Virus record (IMG/VR): IMGVR_UViG_3300029305_003293
Span: 118,161-173,283 of that record
Origin: a virus
Lineage: Duplodnaviria > Heunggongvirae > Uroviricota > Caudoviricetes
Length of the DNA: 55,123 bases
Reading direction: 5' to 3' (one strand)
Shown here: one piece after another, positions 26,319 through 35,444 of the stretch
Layout: each line of letters begins with the position of its first letter
Numbering within the stretch: the first letter of the stretch is position 1
Translations under genes and position numbers: made by a program
Notes under the pieces: generated by a model
Databases searched by the model: none
Told to the model about the DNA's origin: nothing
The model's input: the letters and a program-made list of their open reading frames with translations, nothing else

Positions 26319-26774
26319 TTATTCACACGGATTTTTTGGAATACATACTTCCAAAAAGTATGCATTTTGCGCTCCACTGTTGTATCGCATGTAGTAACTT
26401 CTACGATAGCTTGCAGCATAGCAATGCTGAGTAAGATACTCAATCACCGTCGGAAGGTGGAATGTATAGCCAGTAGGAGTAAAACTCGAACGGCCATCCG
26501 CATAGGCTCGCTTGTGTTCTTCCAGCAATGAAGCACAGCCCGGATACTCATTCCAATAATTATTGCCATCATCAAGTGTCAGAGAAATATACCGACCGCA
26601 ATTTTTGGCTTTCTCTTCCAGCATTGGGGCGAGAACTTCTTCACAGAATCGCACAGCATTCATCTTTGCCTGCTTGTTAAACTGAGCAATTCGTTCTTTC
26701 TTTGCAAGCTCTTTCAGTCGAGCTTCTTCCTTAGCATCCAGCACAACCGCATTCATTTCCAGAGCACACTTCAT
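26319..26774 (-). CDS. Hypothetical protein
   Basis: 151 aa; promoter and RBS. Confidence 0.7.
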   Translation of the reverse strand: MKCALEMNAVVLDAKEEARLKELAKKERIAQFNKQAKMNAVRFCEEVLAPMLEEKAKNCGRYISLTLDDGNNYWNEYPGCASLLEEHKRAYADGRSSFTPTGYTFHLPTVIEYLTQHCYAASYRRSYYMRYNSGAQNAYFLEVCIPKNPCE

Positions 26775-26843
26775 GATCTATTACCTCTTTCTTTTGTTTA
26801 GTGTCTTTCGACTCTTGTATTGTATCATAGTTGGGGCTTGTTG

Positions 26844-27296
26844 TCAAGCCCCAATTTTCGAAAATAGCACCCAATCTTCATCATACCATGCGGGGGCAGG
26901 TTCGTGCGGGTTGATCTTCTTTTCATAGCCTTCGATCTCGTAGGTGTCAAAGATGTATTGCTTCATCTGATAACCATAGCGAGAGAGCCACGCACGATCC
27001 CACCAGTGGGCACGACGAGCGAAGCAATAATCGCTCCACTCCATACAGAGCCACAAGCCCTCTTCGTCGATGTCGCAGACCTTGCCGAAATAGCGGTCGG
27101 CCATCTTTTTGGCTTTTGCTTCGCTCCACTTCATGCTATCGTAGTGGTGATTCTGTAGCATGTCAATGAGAGCGAAGATTACGCCGATGGGATAAGCCCA
27201 CCAATAAATGTTGTAACCGCAGAAGGGGATTGTCCTCTTCCAGATGGGGTTGGTAGGGGTCGTGCGCTTCTTAATCTGCTTTGCCAGTTTTGCCAT
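26844..27296 (-). CDS. Trp-rich hypothetical protein with a hydrophobic segment
   Basis: 150 aa; AAGGAGG RBS. Confidence 0.7.
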   Translation of the reverse strand: MAKLAKQIKKRTTPTNPIWKRTIPFCGYNIYWWAYPIGVIFALIDMLQNHHYDSMKWSEAKAKKMADRYFGKVCDIDEEGLWLCMEWSDYCFARRAHWWDRAWLSRYGYQMKQYIFDTYEIEGYEKKINPHEPAPAWYDEDWVLFSKIGA

Positions 27297-27417
27297 TGAG
27301 GTGTCCTCCTTAGCTTTGGGCTTAAGCCCCTTTCGATGGTCTTATTATAGCACAGGTCGCCAGGAATTGCAATACCTTTTTAGAAAAAAAATAAAAAAAG
27401 TTTTTTTCAGAAAACTG

Positions 27418-27449
27418 TTGACATCCAAGCTGATCTGTGGTATTATAAT
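27418..27449 (+). promoter_or_regulatory. Promoter driving a non-coding transcript
   Basis: TTGACA-N17-TATTAT (TATAAT overlapping); divergent from a minus-strand promoter. Confidence 0.75.
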
Positions 27450-27451
27450 AT

Positions 27452-27730
27452 CACAGCAAGGGGATGTGGCCTTGCTACTGGGCACGAAGGGTCGACACTT
27501 CGCGATGACTCAGATACCAAAAACGCATAGCCTCTGCCGTAGGGCGTCGGTGAGATTCCGACCGCGCAAGCGAAGACGAGAGCCTGAGGCAGAGGAACCC
27601 CATCCCTCCGCAAGCCGTGGGTTCAAGTCCCACCCTCCTCTGGTTAGATCAGGTAGGCGAGTTGGTTAAGCCGTGCGGGTTTAGGGATGGGGCTTTTCTG
27701 TGTCTGGTGGAGCGATCCGCCAGGCTTTTT
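27452..27730 (+). ncRNA. Unclassified structured RNA with two T-loop-like hairpins
   Basis: Own promoter and terminator; no RBS-led ORF; stems CCTCTGCC/GGCAGAGG and CCCCATCCCT/AGGGATGGGG; hairpins GTCGG-TGAGATT-CCGAC and GTGGG-TTCAAGT-CCCAC. Confidence 0.65.
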
Positions 27731-27731
27731 T
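27702..27731 (+). terminator. Intrinsic terminator of the ncRNA
   Basis: GTCTGGTGGA-GCGA-TCCGCCAGGC-TTTTTT. Confidence 0.75.
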
Positions 27732-27810
27732 CTGTGGCTCTACTGTTGCGCGAATACGGCTCGCAGGCTGGCAACACGCCCGCCCGCGAGCCGGGCAAAA
27801 TAAAAAGCCC

Positions 27811-27960
27811 TTAGCCTACAGCCAAGGGCTTAACAGTCCATCCCTGTTTCGGGATGAGCGCATTCCGCAGATCAGCAGCGACCTGTGCATCCCACTCGGT
27901 AGGATAGCGATCAATACCAATGATACCTCTTGCGCTTACGATGACCCATACGATTTCCAT
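27811..27960 (-). CDS. 49-aa mini-protein (not in the ORF track)
   Basis: GGGGAGG RBS; MEIVWVIVSARGIIG... Confidence 0.6.
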   Translation of the reverse strand: MEIVWVIVSARGIIGIDRYPTEWDAQVAADLRNALIPKQGWTVKPLAVG

Positions 27961-28044
27961 AGTGATAACCTCCCTCATTTGATGGTCTTATTATATCATA
28001 CTTGTGCCTGGATGTCAACACTTTTGTAGAAAGTTTTTCCCTGC

Positions 28045-28491
28045 TTAGTGATTAAGCAGGGAAAGAACTTCGCTGATGTGGCAAGGCTCGAAGGCCGTTC
28101 CGGCGAACTTGTTCCAGTCATCGCGGTTGCGCTCTTCATCATCGAAGAGGATGCCGTTACCGCACACGCGATACTTGGGCGTTCCGTAAGGTACGATCTT
28201 GATGTCATCCCACTCAACAGAGGGAAGATGCTGAGCGAGCCATGCACGCTTGGCGCGTTCCACCTGCATGTCATACAGATCATTGCTTTCCTTGGACATC
28301 CAAGAGATGATGCAGATCTGAATGCCCTTGCGCTGAATGGCGTTCAGCTGTCGAGCGAGTGCGCTCATGTTCAGCATCGGCTGTGCCTTTTCGTAGGGCT
28401 TCGCATTGTGTGCGCGAAGCATCTCGAGCCATCCATCCACCGCATACAGGTCAGCGATCGTGCCATCCATGTCGAACCAGATCTTAGTCAT
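28045..28491 (-). CDS. HAD-family phosphatase (5'(3')-deoxyribonucleotidase-like), second copy
   Basis: WFDMDGTIADLY, IISW, PK and LFDDE motifs. Confidence 0.8.
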   Translation of the reverse strand: MTKIWFDMDGTIADLYAVDGWLEMLRAHNAKPYEKAQPMLNMSALARQLNAIQRKGIQICIISWMSKESNDLYDMQVERAKRAWLAQHLPSVEWDDIKIVPYGTPKYRVCGNGILFDDEERNRDDWNKFAGTAFEPCHISEVLSLLNH

Positions 28492-28629
28492 TTGAGTGTC
28501 CTCCTTTGTTTCTTTCGATGATTTATTCTACCATGTTTTGGGATGTTTGTCAAGCGTTTTCCGCAAGTTTTTGTAGAAAATTTTTTGTTGGGCTACTCTT
28601 GTTCCTGGCAGCTAGGGCCGTCGAGGGGA

Positions 28630-28809
28630 TCATTCCATCCCCTCGAAGTATTCACGCACTTCGTTGATGTCAACATCATACTTCTTTGCGAACTCTTCCA
28701 TGATGTCTTCTGCCGTGTAGTAGAGAGGAAGATCGTTGCAGAGATTATCCCACAGATCGTAGAGGTCAATGTAGTAGTACTTATTGGCGAGTTCCTTCAT
28801 GGTCTTCAT
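28630..28809 (-). CDS. 59-aa acidic mini-protein (not in the ORF track)
   Basis: AAGGAGG RBS; MKTMKELANKYYYIDLYDLWDNL... Confidence 0.65.
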   Translation of the reverse strand: MKTMKELANKYYYIDLYDLWDNLCNDLPLYYTAEDIMEEFAKKYDVDINEVREYFEGME

Positions 28810-28914
28810 TTGGTAGTCCTCCTTTGGCTCTTGGCCTCTCTTGATGGTATTAGTATATCACACTTAGTATCTATTGTCAATAGTTTTTTATATTTTTTTT
28901 TAATTTATTTTGCT

Positions 28915-29226
28915 CTAATCAACACGATCAAACAGTCCTCCATCCTTCACAGCCCATTGACCGAAGCAGTCCAAGCCATCGCTGAAGGTGTACAGATAGC
29001 CTTCATCATCGAAGGCTGCACCGAACAAGAACACATCGCCATAGTTACAGAAGGGAGAAAGCACCCACATAGAGTCGTCTTCTACACCTACACAAAGAAG
29101 GCCGTTGCGGTTGCTTGCGATGTCCCAGGCATAGGTATCGCTTACATTGTACCAGATAGACCACACACAAGACAGAGCAAGATAGATACAGACCAGGGTC
29201 TTAATAATAGTTTTCACAGAGATCAA
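28915..29226 (-). CDS. Membrane-anchored or secreted hypothetical protein
   Basis: N-terminal hydrophobic helix; ends at TAG (5 extra codons under code 15). Confidence 0.6.
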   Translation of the reverse strand: MISVKTIIKTLVCIYLALSCVWSIWYNVSDTYAWDIASNRNGLLCVGVEDDSMWVLSPFCNYGDVFLFGAAFDDEGYLYTFSDGLDCFGQWAVKDGGLFDRVD

Positions 29227-29616
29227 TCCTTTCCTTTAGGTTAGATCTATTGTACCATAGATCCAGGTTATTGTCAATAACAAAATTATTAAATAATTGT
29301 AACAATTATAAAGTGTTGAGTTTTAGGATGTTTATGCATAGATGCATAAGTATGCATTCATGAATAAATATTCACAGATGCATAAATTCGCGTAAATACG
29401 GGGCGTGCTGGCCGCGCACGCCCCGACGAGTTTTTCTATAGGCGGCAGTACTCTTGTATATTTTTCTCACCTTAAAACAAAAACCAAATGGGGGGGGGTG
29501 GGTTTCGGGAAAAAATTTTTTTTAAAATGAAAATTGTGTATAGCCTGCTCTCAATTCACACTAAATCAATTTTTGTTTTCAGAATACGAGAAAAACAACT
29601 CACACTAAATCATTTT

Positions 29617-29958
29617 TCAATTTCGAATCACGACAAAATAATCTACTTCATCAGCCGTTTTATTATATTCTTGGAGAATATCTTCTACGAATCCTCTACC
29701 CCTTTGTCGGACCAGTTCATTAAAACTATAAGCAAATTCTACGCCCTCTGGAACTGGTATTTCACGAATAACTTTCCAGTATTTATTAAATTGCTCCCAA
29801 TCGCTATAATGTATTACCATATCTAAAATAATCATACTGTCTTTGATTAATCTAAATACTTTTACAGTAATTAAATCATCATATTTAATAAAAAGACAAT
29901 AATGATATTTTGAATAAGTATCTTGCGCGTATAGCCACATTTTATTATTAAAAATCAA
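29617..29958 (-). CDS. Hypothetical protein
   Basis: 113 aa; overlapping-gene chain. Confidence 0.6.
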   Translation of the reverse strand: MIFNNKMWLYAQDTYSKYHYCLFIKYDDLITVKVFRLIKDSMIILDMVIHYSDWEQFNKYWKVIREIPVPEGVEFAYSFNELVRQRGRGFVEDILQEYNKTADEVDYFVVIRN

Positions 29959-30172
29959 AATAATATCTCACCCAATCTAAATCACACACATAAGCAGAAA
30001 GAGTATATTTATCAACCAAATCTACGACCCAACAATCTACCCCTTGCGGCGATAATCCTCTGCGAATTTTCACGCAATAAAATTTACCAACTTCCGCAGA
30101 ATGATATGGTCTCTTTAATCGTGCAATAAGAATCTTATTGTCCATCATAAAAACATTCCGGCCCTTCTTCAA
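29948..30172 (-). CDS. Hypothetical protein
   Basis: About 70 aa; overlaps its neighbours. Confidence 0.55.
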   Translation of the reverse strand: MKKGRNVFMMDNKILIARLKRPYHSAEVGKFYCVKIRRGLSPQGVDCWVVDLVDKYTLSAYVCDLDWVRYYFDF

Positions 30173-30494
30173 TTTCTTTTATCCAATGACTTGCTGGAAA
30201 ATCTACATCATAGACAGTAATCTCTCGTGGCAAGAGCCAATCATTCATAACTGTATCCCAATCAGCATACCACATATATGGCTTGCCGTCTACTTCTAAT
30301 TTAATCTCACCATTCCATCTATCTTGTTTAAAAGTTAAACGATGGGGCTGACCAGTAGGCCAATTGTCCACAATGCTATCCCTGCGACGCAAACATACAA
30401 AATGTTCATATACTCCTCCTTGCGGTTTTGAATTATGTCGTCTGCTGAATTCATTTTCTAAGGCTGCCATAAAATCCTTCATGCCTTTGGGCAC
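30135..30494 (-). CDS. Hypothetical protein
   Basis: 119 aa. Confidence 0.65.
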   Translation of the reverse strand: MPKGMKDFMAALENEFSRRHNSKPQGGVYEHFVCLRRRDSIVDNWPTGQPHRLTFKQDRWNGEIKLEVDGKPYMWYADWDTVMNDWLLPREITVYDVDFPASHWIKEIEEGPECFYDGQ

Positions 30495-30937
30495 CTTCCT
30501 TTAATTAAAAACTCACAATCCATTTGACACTGTTTATTCGCACCATCACAAGGATAATGTCCCGAAACAAAATCCTCAATATTATTTTGCTTACAATAAT
30601 TAACAAAATGTGCCCAATCCCAGTCCCGCAAAACTTCTTCCGCAATCCATTCGTTTTGCGCTCTATTATAAATATCCCATTCTTCTTTAGTAGGTTTCCG
30701 CAACCCCTCAGGAGGGTCAACATATTCTACTCTTGTTGTAGGGATTTCTTTTCCATATAATTTAATTTTTTCTTTAGTAAATCTTATAGTGGCATCACTA
30801 TATTCTCGTTCCATTTTATGAAGTGGTAAAAATCCTTTTTCTTCCGCAATTTTCATACGCCATTCATCGTGTTTTTCCATTACATAAAACCCATAAGGAC
30901 TAATAGTAATTGGCCCATGTTGTTTCCGCCATTCCAT
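30479..30937 (-). CDS. Hypothetical protein with a C-terminal Cys cluster
   Basis: YPCDGANKQCQMDCEF..RCP; downstream of a promoter cassette. Confidence 0.65.
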   Translation of the reverse strand: MEWRKQHGPITISPYGFYVMEKHDEWRMKIAEEKGFLPLHKMEREYSDATIRFTKEKIKLYGKEIPTTRVEYVDPPEGLRKPTKEEWDIYNRAQNEWIAEEVLRDWDWAHFVNYCKQNNIEDFVSGHYPCDGANKQCQMDCEFLIKGRCPKA

Positions 30938-31015
30938 TCCACGCAACCCCTTTTTATTTCTATAATTATTATAACAAAAATTTTTAAATTTTTCAATTAA
31001 AAATCTTATTTTCTC

Positions 31016-31044
31016 TTGACTTTTCAAAAATTTTTTAGTATAAT
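31016..31044 (+). promoter_or_regulatory. Promoter of the late operon
   Basis: TTGACT-N17-TATAAT; divergent from a minus-strand cassette. Confidence 0.75.
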
Positions 31045-31067
31045 GATGCTAAAGAAGGAGGTTGATT

Positions 31068-32150
31068 ATTATAATCAAACTAGATTATACGATCAGTTCT
31101 CCTGCGGAACGCTAGAAATTAGTGGAACAGATTTTATTAGAAACTCCTGAACCGAGCGACTAGTATCTTGAAATTCTCGCCGACTATTTAGTTCTCTGCA
31201 TGGAGAAACAAGAAAAACGAGAACGAAAGTTGCTTACAGAAAATCGTTTAGCAACTATAAACAAGAGAGAAACTTCGTTTGAAGGTCTTATCGGGCAGTT
31301 GGAGAATGGCGAAGATGGTATTTACAATTTATTAACGAACGATAAGAATATAATTTTTCAACCTAAGATTAGTATTACAAAACAAGATTTAGAAGATATA
31401 GAGCCATTAAGAGAACTGCGCAAACACATTGAAAAGTGGGAAGGCTTGTAGAAAAAAGTATCTGGCAAAGATGCTTTTGTTGTAAAACGCAGTTTAATCG
31501 AAATGCGCAAGGACCAATATCTAATTAAGAATGTATATAAACCACCAATTATTTTTAACAAATTAACTCGTAATATTCATCATTGTATTGAACTTCCATT
31601 TGAAGAATGGGTTGACGATGATGATAAAGTGCGTTATAAGGGTGTATCATTCTTAGATCCAAAAGTTGTTTCGGCAATTTTATGTAATTTTAAAAAATTA
31701 AAAGAACATAGTAGAGAATCTTTACAAAGTGATACTTGGTATATGATTCGTGATTTTGAAGAATTAATGACCAGAGTATTAAATAGATATCCACTATATA
31801 AAAGAATAGTGGAATATAAAATGGAATATATTCCAAATACTGAAATTTAGGAATTACTTACTAAAGAATTTGGATTTTCTCATTCTTTGGAATATTTATC
31901 ATCTTTGTGGCGAAATAAAATTCCTAAATTAATCGCTTCTCAAGCAATGGATGATTGGGTAGTATGGTATTATTCTAATGTGGAACATGGTGAATGGAAA
32001 ACTTGTAATCGCTGCGGTCAAACTAAATTAGCGCATTCACGCTTTTATTCAATAAATAAAACATCTAAGGATGGATGGTATAGCATTTGTAAAGAATGCC
32101 GAAACAAGAAGAAGCGTAAGAAGGAGCGAGATTGGTTCGATGAGTGCTGA
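31068..32150 (+). CDS. Putative transcription regulator (HTH plus C-terminal Zn ribbon); 4 in-frame TAG
   Basis: Joins track ORFs 31200, 31503 and 31887 in one frame. Probable ATT/ATA start after AAGGAGG. CNRCGQTK..SICKEC ribbon. Confidence 0.7.
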
Positions 32151-33321
32151 ACAAGGATATTGTAAAACATGTAATAGAACCATGGATGAGAATCAGTTTT
32201 ATCTCTCCAAAAGAGTAGATAAATATCCTCCAAATGGTAAAATGCCGGAATGTAAAAAATGCTTAACTCGGCATGTAGATAATTGGAATCCAGAAACTTT
32301 TCTTTGGATTTTAGAAGAAATTGATGTTCCATATATTGAAGATGAATGGACTACATTAGTAGAGCGTTATTGCCAAGATCGTAGCAAAGTTACAGGAATG
32401 ACAGTTCTTGGTCGATATCTCTCTAAAATGAAATTAAAGTAGTATAGAGATAATACTTGGGCCGATACGGAAAAGTTGAAAGCAGAGGCAGAGGCTCGGA
32501 AAGTCAAAGCAATGACTGAACGAGGATTTACCGGTGAGTAGATTGAAGAGGCATTGGCTGCGGGCACTATGCCAGAAAAACCTGAAGGTTGGGATGATCT
32601 TGCCGATGAAGGAGCAGGAGTATCTCCAATTGACATGCTGGAACCCTTAGATTTTAATGATGACCTAACTGAAGAAGATAGAAAAATGCTTTCTTTAAAA
32701 TGGGGCAAAACTTATAGGCCATATGAATGGGTCCAATTAGAATAGTATTATCAAGAGATGATGTAGTCATTTGATATTTAGACTCCATCGCATGAAGATT
32801 ATTTAAAACTTATTTGTAAAACATCACTTAAGGCCCATCAACTTATTGACCTGGGTGACATTGAAGGTTTCCAAAAGATGTCTAAGGTATATGACTCTTT
32901 GATGAAATCTGCGAAATTTACTGCGGTTCAGAATAAAGCAGAATCTGGTGAATATGTTAATTCGATTTCTGAATTGGTGCTTTTGTGCGAAAAAGAAGGC
33001 GGTTTTATTCCTCGCTTTTATACCGAAGAACCAAAAGATAAAGCCGATTAGACATTGCGCGATTTGCGTGGTTATACTCATAAATTGGTTACTGAAGAAA
33101 TGAATTTGGGCACACTTATTGAAGGTGCGGTTAAAGCCCTTCAGCGCCAGGCTGAACAAGCAGAAGATGAAGATATTGATGACGAAGATTTAGACTTCCT
33201 TGAAGAAACTGAAAAAGCACTTCAAGATGATGATTTTGAGGAACATTTTAATTTCTTAGAACATCAAGCCGAGGAAGATGAAGCATTATTGCGAGAACTA
33301 CTCGGAGAGGATGTTGAATAA
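32140..33321 (+). CDS. Zn-ribbon packaging-associated protein (possible small terminase); at least 6 TAG
   Basis: CKTC..ECKKC N-terminus; joins ORFs 32071, 32554 and 33055 in frame; directly upstream of terL. Confidence 0.65.
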
Positions 33322-35063
33322 TGGCTTTATAGGATTTATTAAATTTAACTCAAGATAGATAGAAAATTGGATTATCTGAAGAACGCGTAACAGCAATCAT
33401 TCCGGAGGCTCGCAAAGCCATTTCCTATTGGCGCGAGTATCCGGATATGTTTGTTGATTTTATGGCCGGTAACTGGTTACCAGAGCCGCCGAAAGAAACA
33501 TTAAAGTTATTCTTTTATCAGCGTGTATTTTTACGCGCGGCAATGCGTTATAAATATGTATATGCAGTTTTCCCTCGTGCTTATTCTAAATCTTTTTTAT
33601 CAGTTCTTATTTTAATGACTCGTGCGATTCTTTATTCTGGTTCTAAATTATTTGTTACTTCTGGTGGTAAGGAACAGGCATCTGGCATTTTGAAAGAAAA
33701 GGTGCAAGAGATTTGCACTCTTGTTCCAGGTTTTGCAAAAGAAATTGATTGGGGTAGAGGGCAGACTCTTGAAGGAAAAGATTATTGTAAATATATTTTC
33801 CGCAATGGTTCTTTTATTGACAACTTGGCGGCAAGCGAGAAATCAAGAGGTAAGCGTCGTCATGGAGGTCTTGTGGAAGAATGTGTTGGTGTTGATGGAA
33901 CTATTCTTAACGAAGTTATTATTCCTGTTATGAATGTTTCTCGACGCCTCCCCGATGGAACAAAAGATGATGATGAAGTTCTTAATAAAAGTCAAATCTT
34001 CGTTACAACTGCCGGTTGGAAAAATACCTTCGCTTATGATAAATTAATACAGATGTTAGTTGGCGAAATTACTCAGCCAGAAAAATTCTGTATTATGGGT
34101 GGCACTTGGCGTATTCCAGTTGCGATGCATCTCTTGGATAAAAACTTTATTCGAGATCTTAAACTGGACGGCACTTTTAATGAAATGTCTTTTGCGCGAG
34201 AATATGAATCTCAATGGTCTGGAACTATTGAAGATGCTTTCTTCCGCACTGAACAATTTGATCGTAATAGAATTTTAAAACAACCTGAATATGAATATTC
34301 TGGTCGCAGCACCAAATCGGCATATTATGTATTATCTGTCGATGTTGGTAGAAAGGGTTGCGATACTGTTTGCTGTGTGTTTAAAGTTACGCCGCAAACT
34401 GCAGGATCTTCTTTTAAAACTTTGGTCAATATTTATACAATTCATAACGAGCATTTTGAAGAATAGGCGATCGCACTTAAAAAATTATTTTATAAATATA
34501 AGGCGCGTCGATTAGTTATTGACGGTAATGGTCTTGGTATCGGTTTAGTTGACTATATGGTAAAATCATAGATCGATCCAGATACTGGAGATACTTATCC
34601 TGATTTCGGTGTTGAAAATGATGTTGATGGTGAATATAAGCGTTTCCGCACTTAGCAATGTGAATTTGACGCTATGTATATCATTAAAGCAAATGCACCT
34701 ATTAACACTGAAGCTCATGCTAATGCACAGTCTCAATTGTCTTCTGGTAAAGTGAAACTTCTTGTTGATGAAAGAGTCGCTAAAGTAAAATTAATGGGGA
34801 CTAAACGCGGACAAGAAATGAAACCAGAAGAAAGGGCAGAATATTTGAAACCTTTTACCCTAACTTCCATATTAAAAGAAGAGATGATGAACCTTCGTGA
34901 AGAAAATGAAGGTGTTAATATCATTTTAAAGCAGGCTAATAAAGGTATTGCGAAAGATAAGTTTTCTGCTTTTGAATATGGCTTATATTATATTAAATAG
35001 GCCGAAGACAGCAAGAGAAAGAAACGCAAGGGTCGCATATCAGATATGATGTTTATTAATTGA
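33321..35063 (+). CDS. terL: Terminase large subunit (SPbeta YonF-like); at least 6 TAG
   Basis: FPRAYSKSF Walker A region, GLVEEC Walker B, IFVTTAG, LSVDVGR and IDGNGLG nuclease motifs, DKFSAFEYG. Confidence 0.88.
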
Positions 35064-35073
35064 GGAGGATTGT

Positions 35074-35430
35074 ATGAGAGCATCTCGAGGAGAAATTAAA
35101 ATACAAGAAATCCTACAAGAAGCTGGCTTGCATTTTACTATGGAACAATCCTTCGAAGGATTAAACAGCACAAACGGAAGAGCACTCCGTTTTGACTTTT
35201 GTGTATTTGATGATGATGGCAATATTGATTTTTTAATTGAATATCAAGGAAAATAGCATTATGAGCCATCAAGCAAATTTGGCGGTAAAAAAGGTTTTTA
35301 TTAGCAGTAGTATAATGATAATAAAAAGCGTCGATTTTGTTAGCAGAATGATTTCACTTTAATTGAAATTCCATACACAGAAGAGAATCTTATTGATTAT
35401 GATTATATTATGACTAAAGCTGGGTATTGA
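35074..35430 (+). CDS. Vsr/DUF2726-like endonuclease; 4 TAG
   Basis: SRGE..LRFDF..LIEYQGK(TAG)HY..ND.KKR..LIEIPY; TAG sits at the conserved Q of EYxGxQHY. Confidence 0.8.
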
Positions 35431-35444
35431 GGAGGTGTAATATT

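Noticed and set aside
27452-27730. tmRNA
   Set aside because: Too short, no tag reading frame, no G3-U70 Ala acceptor and no CCA end.
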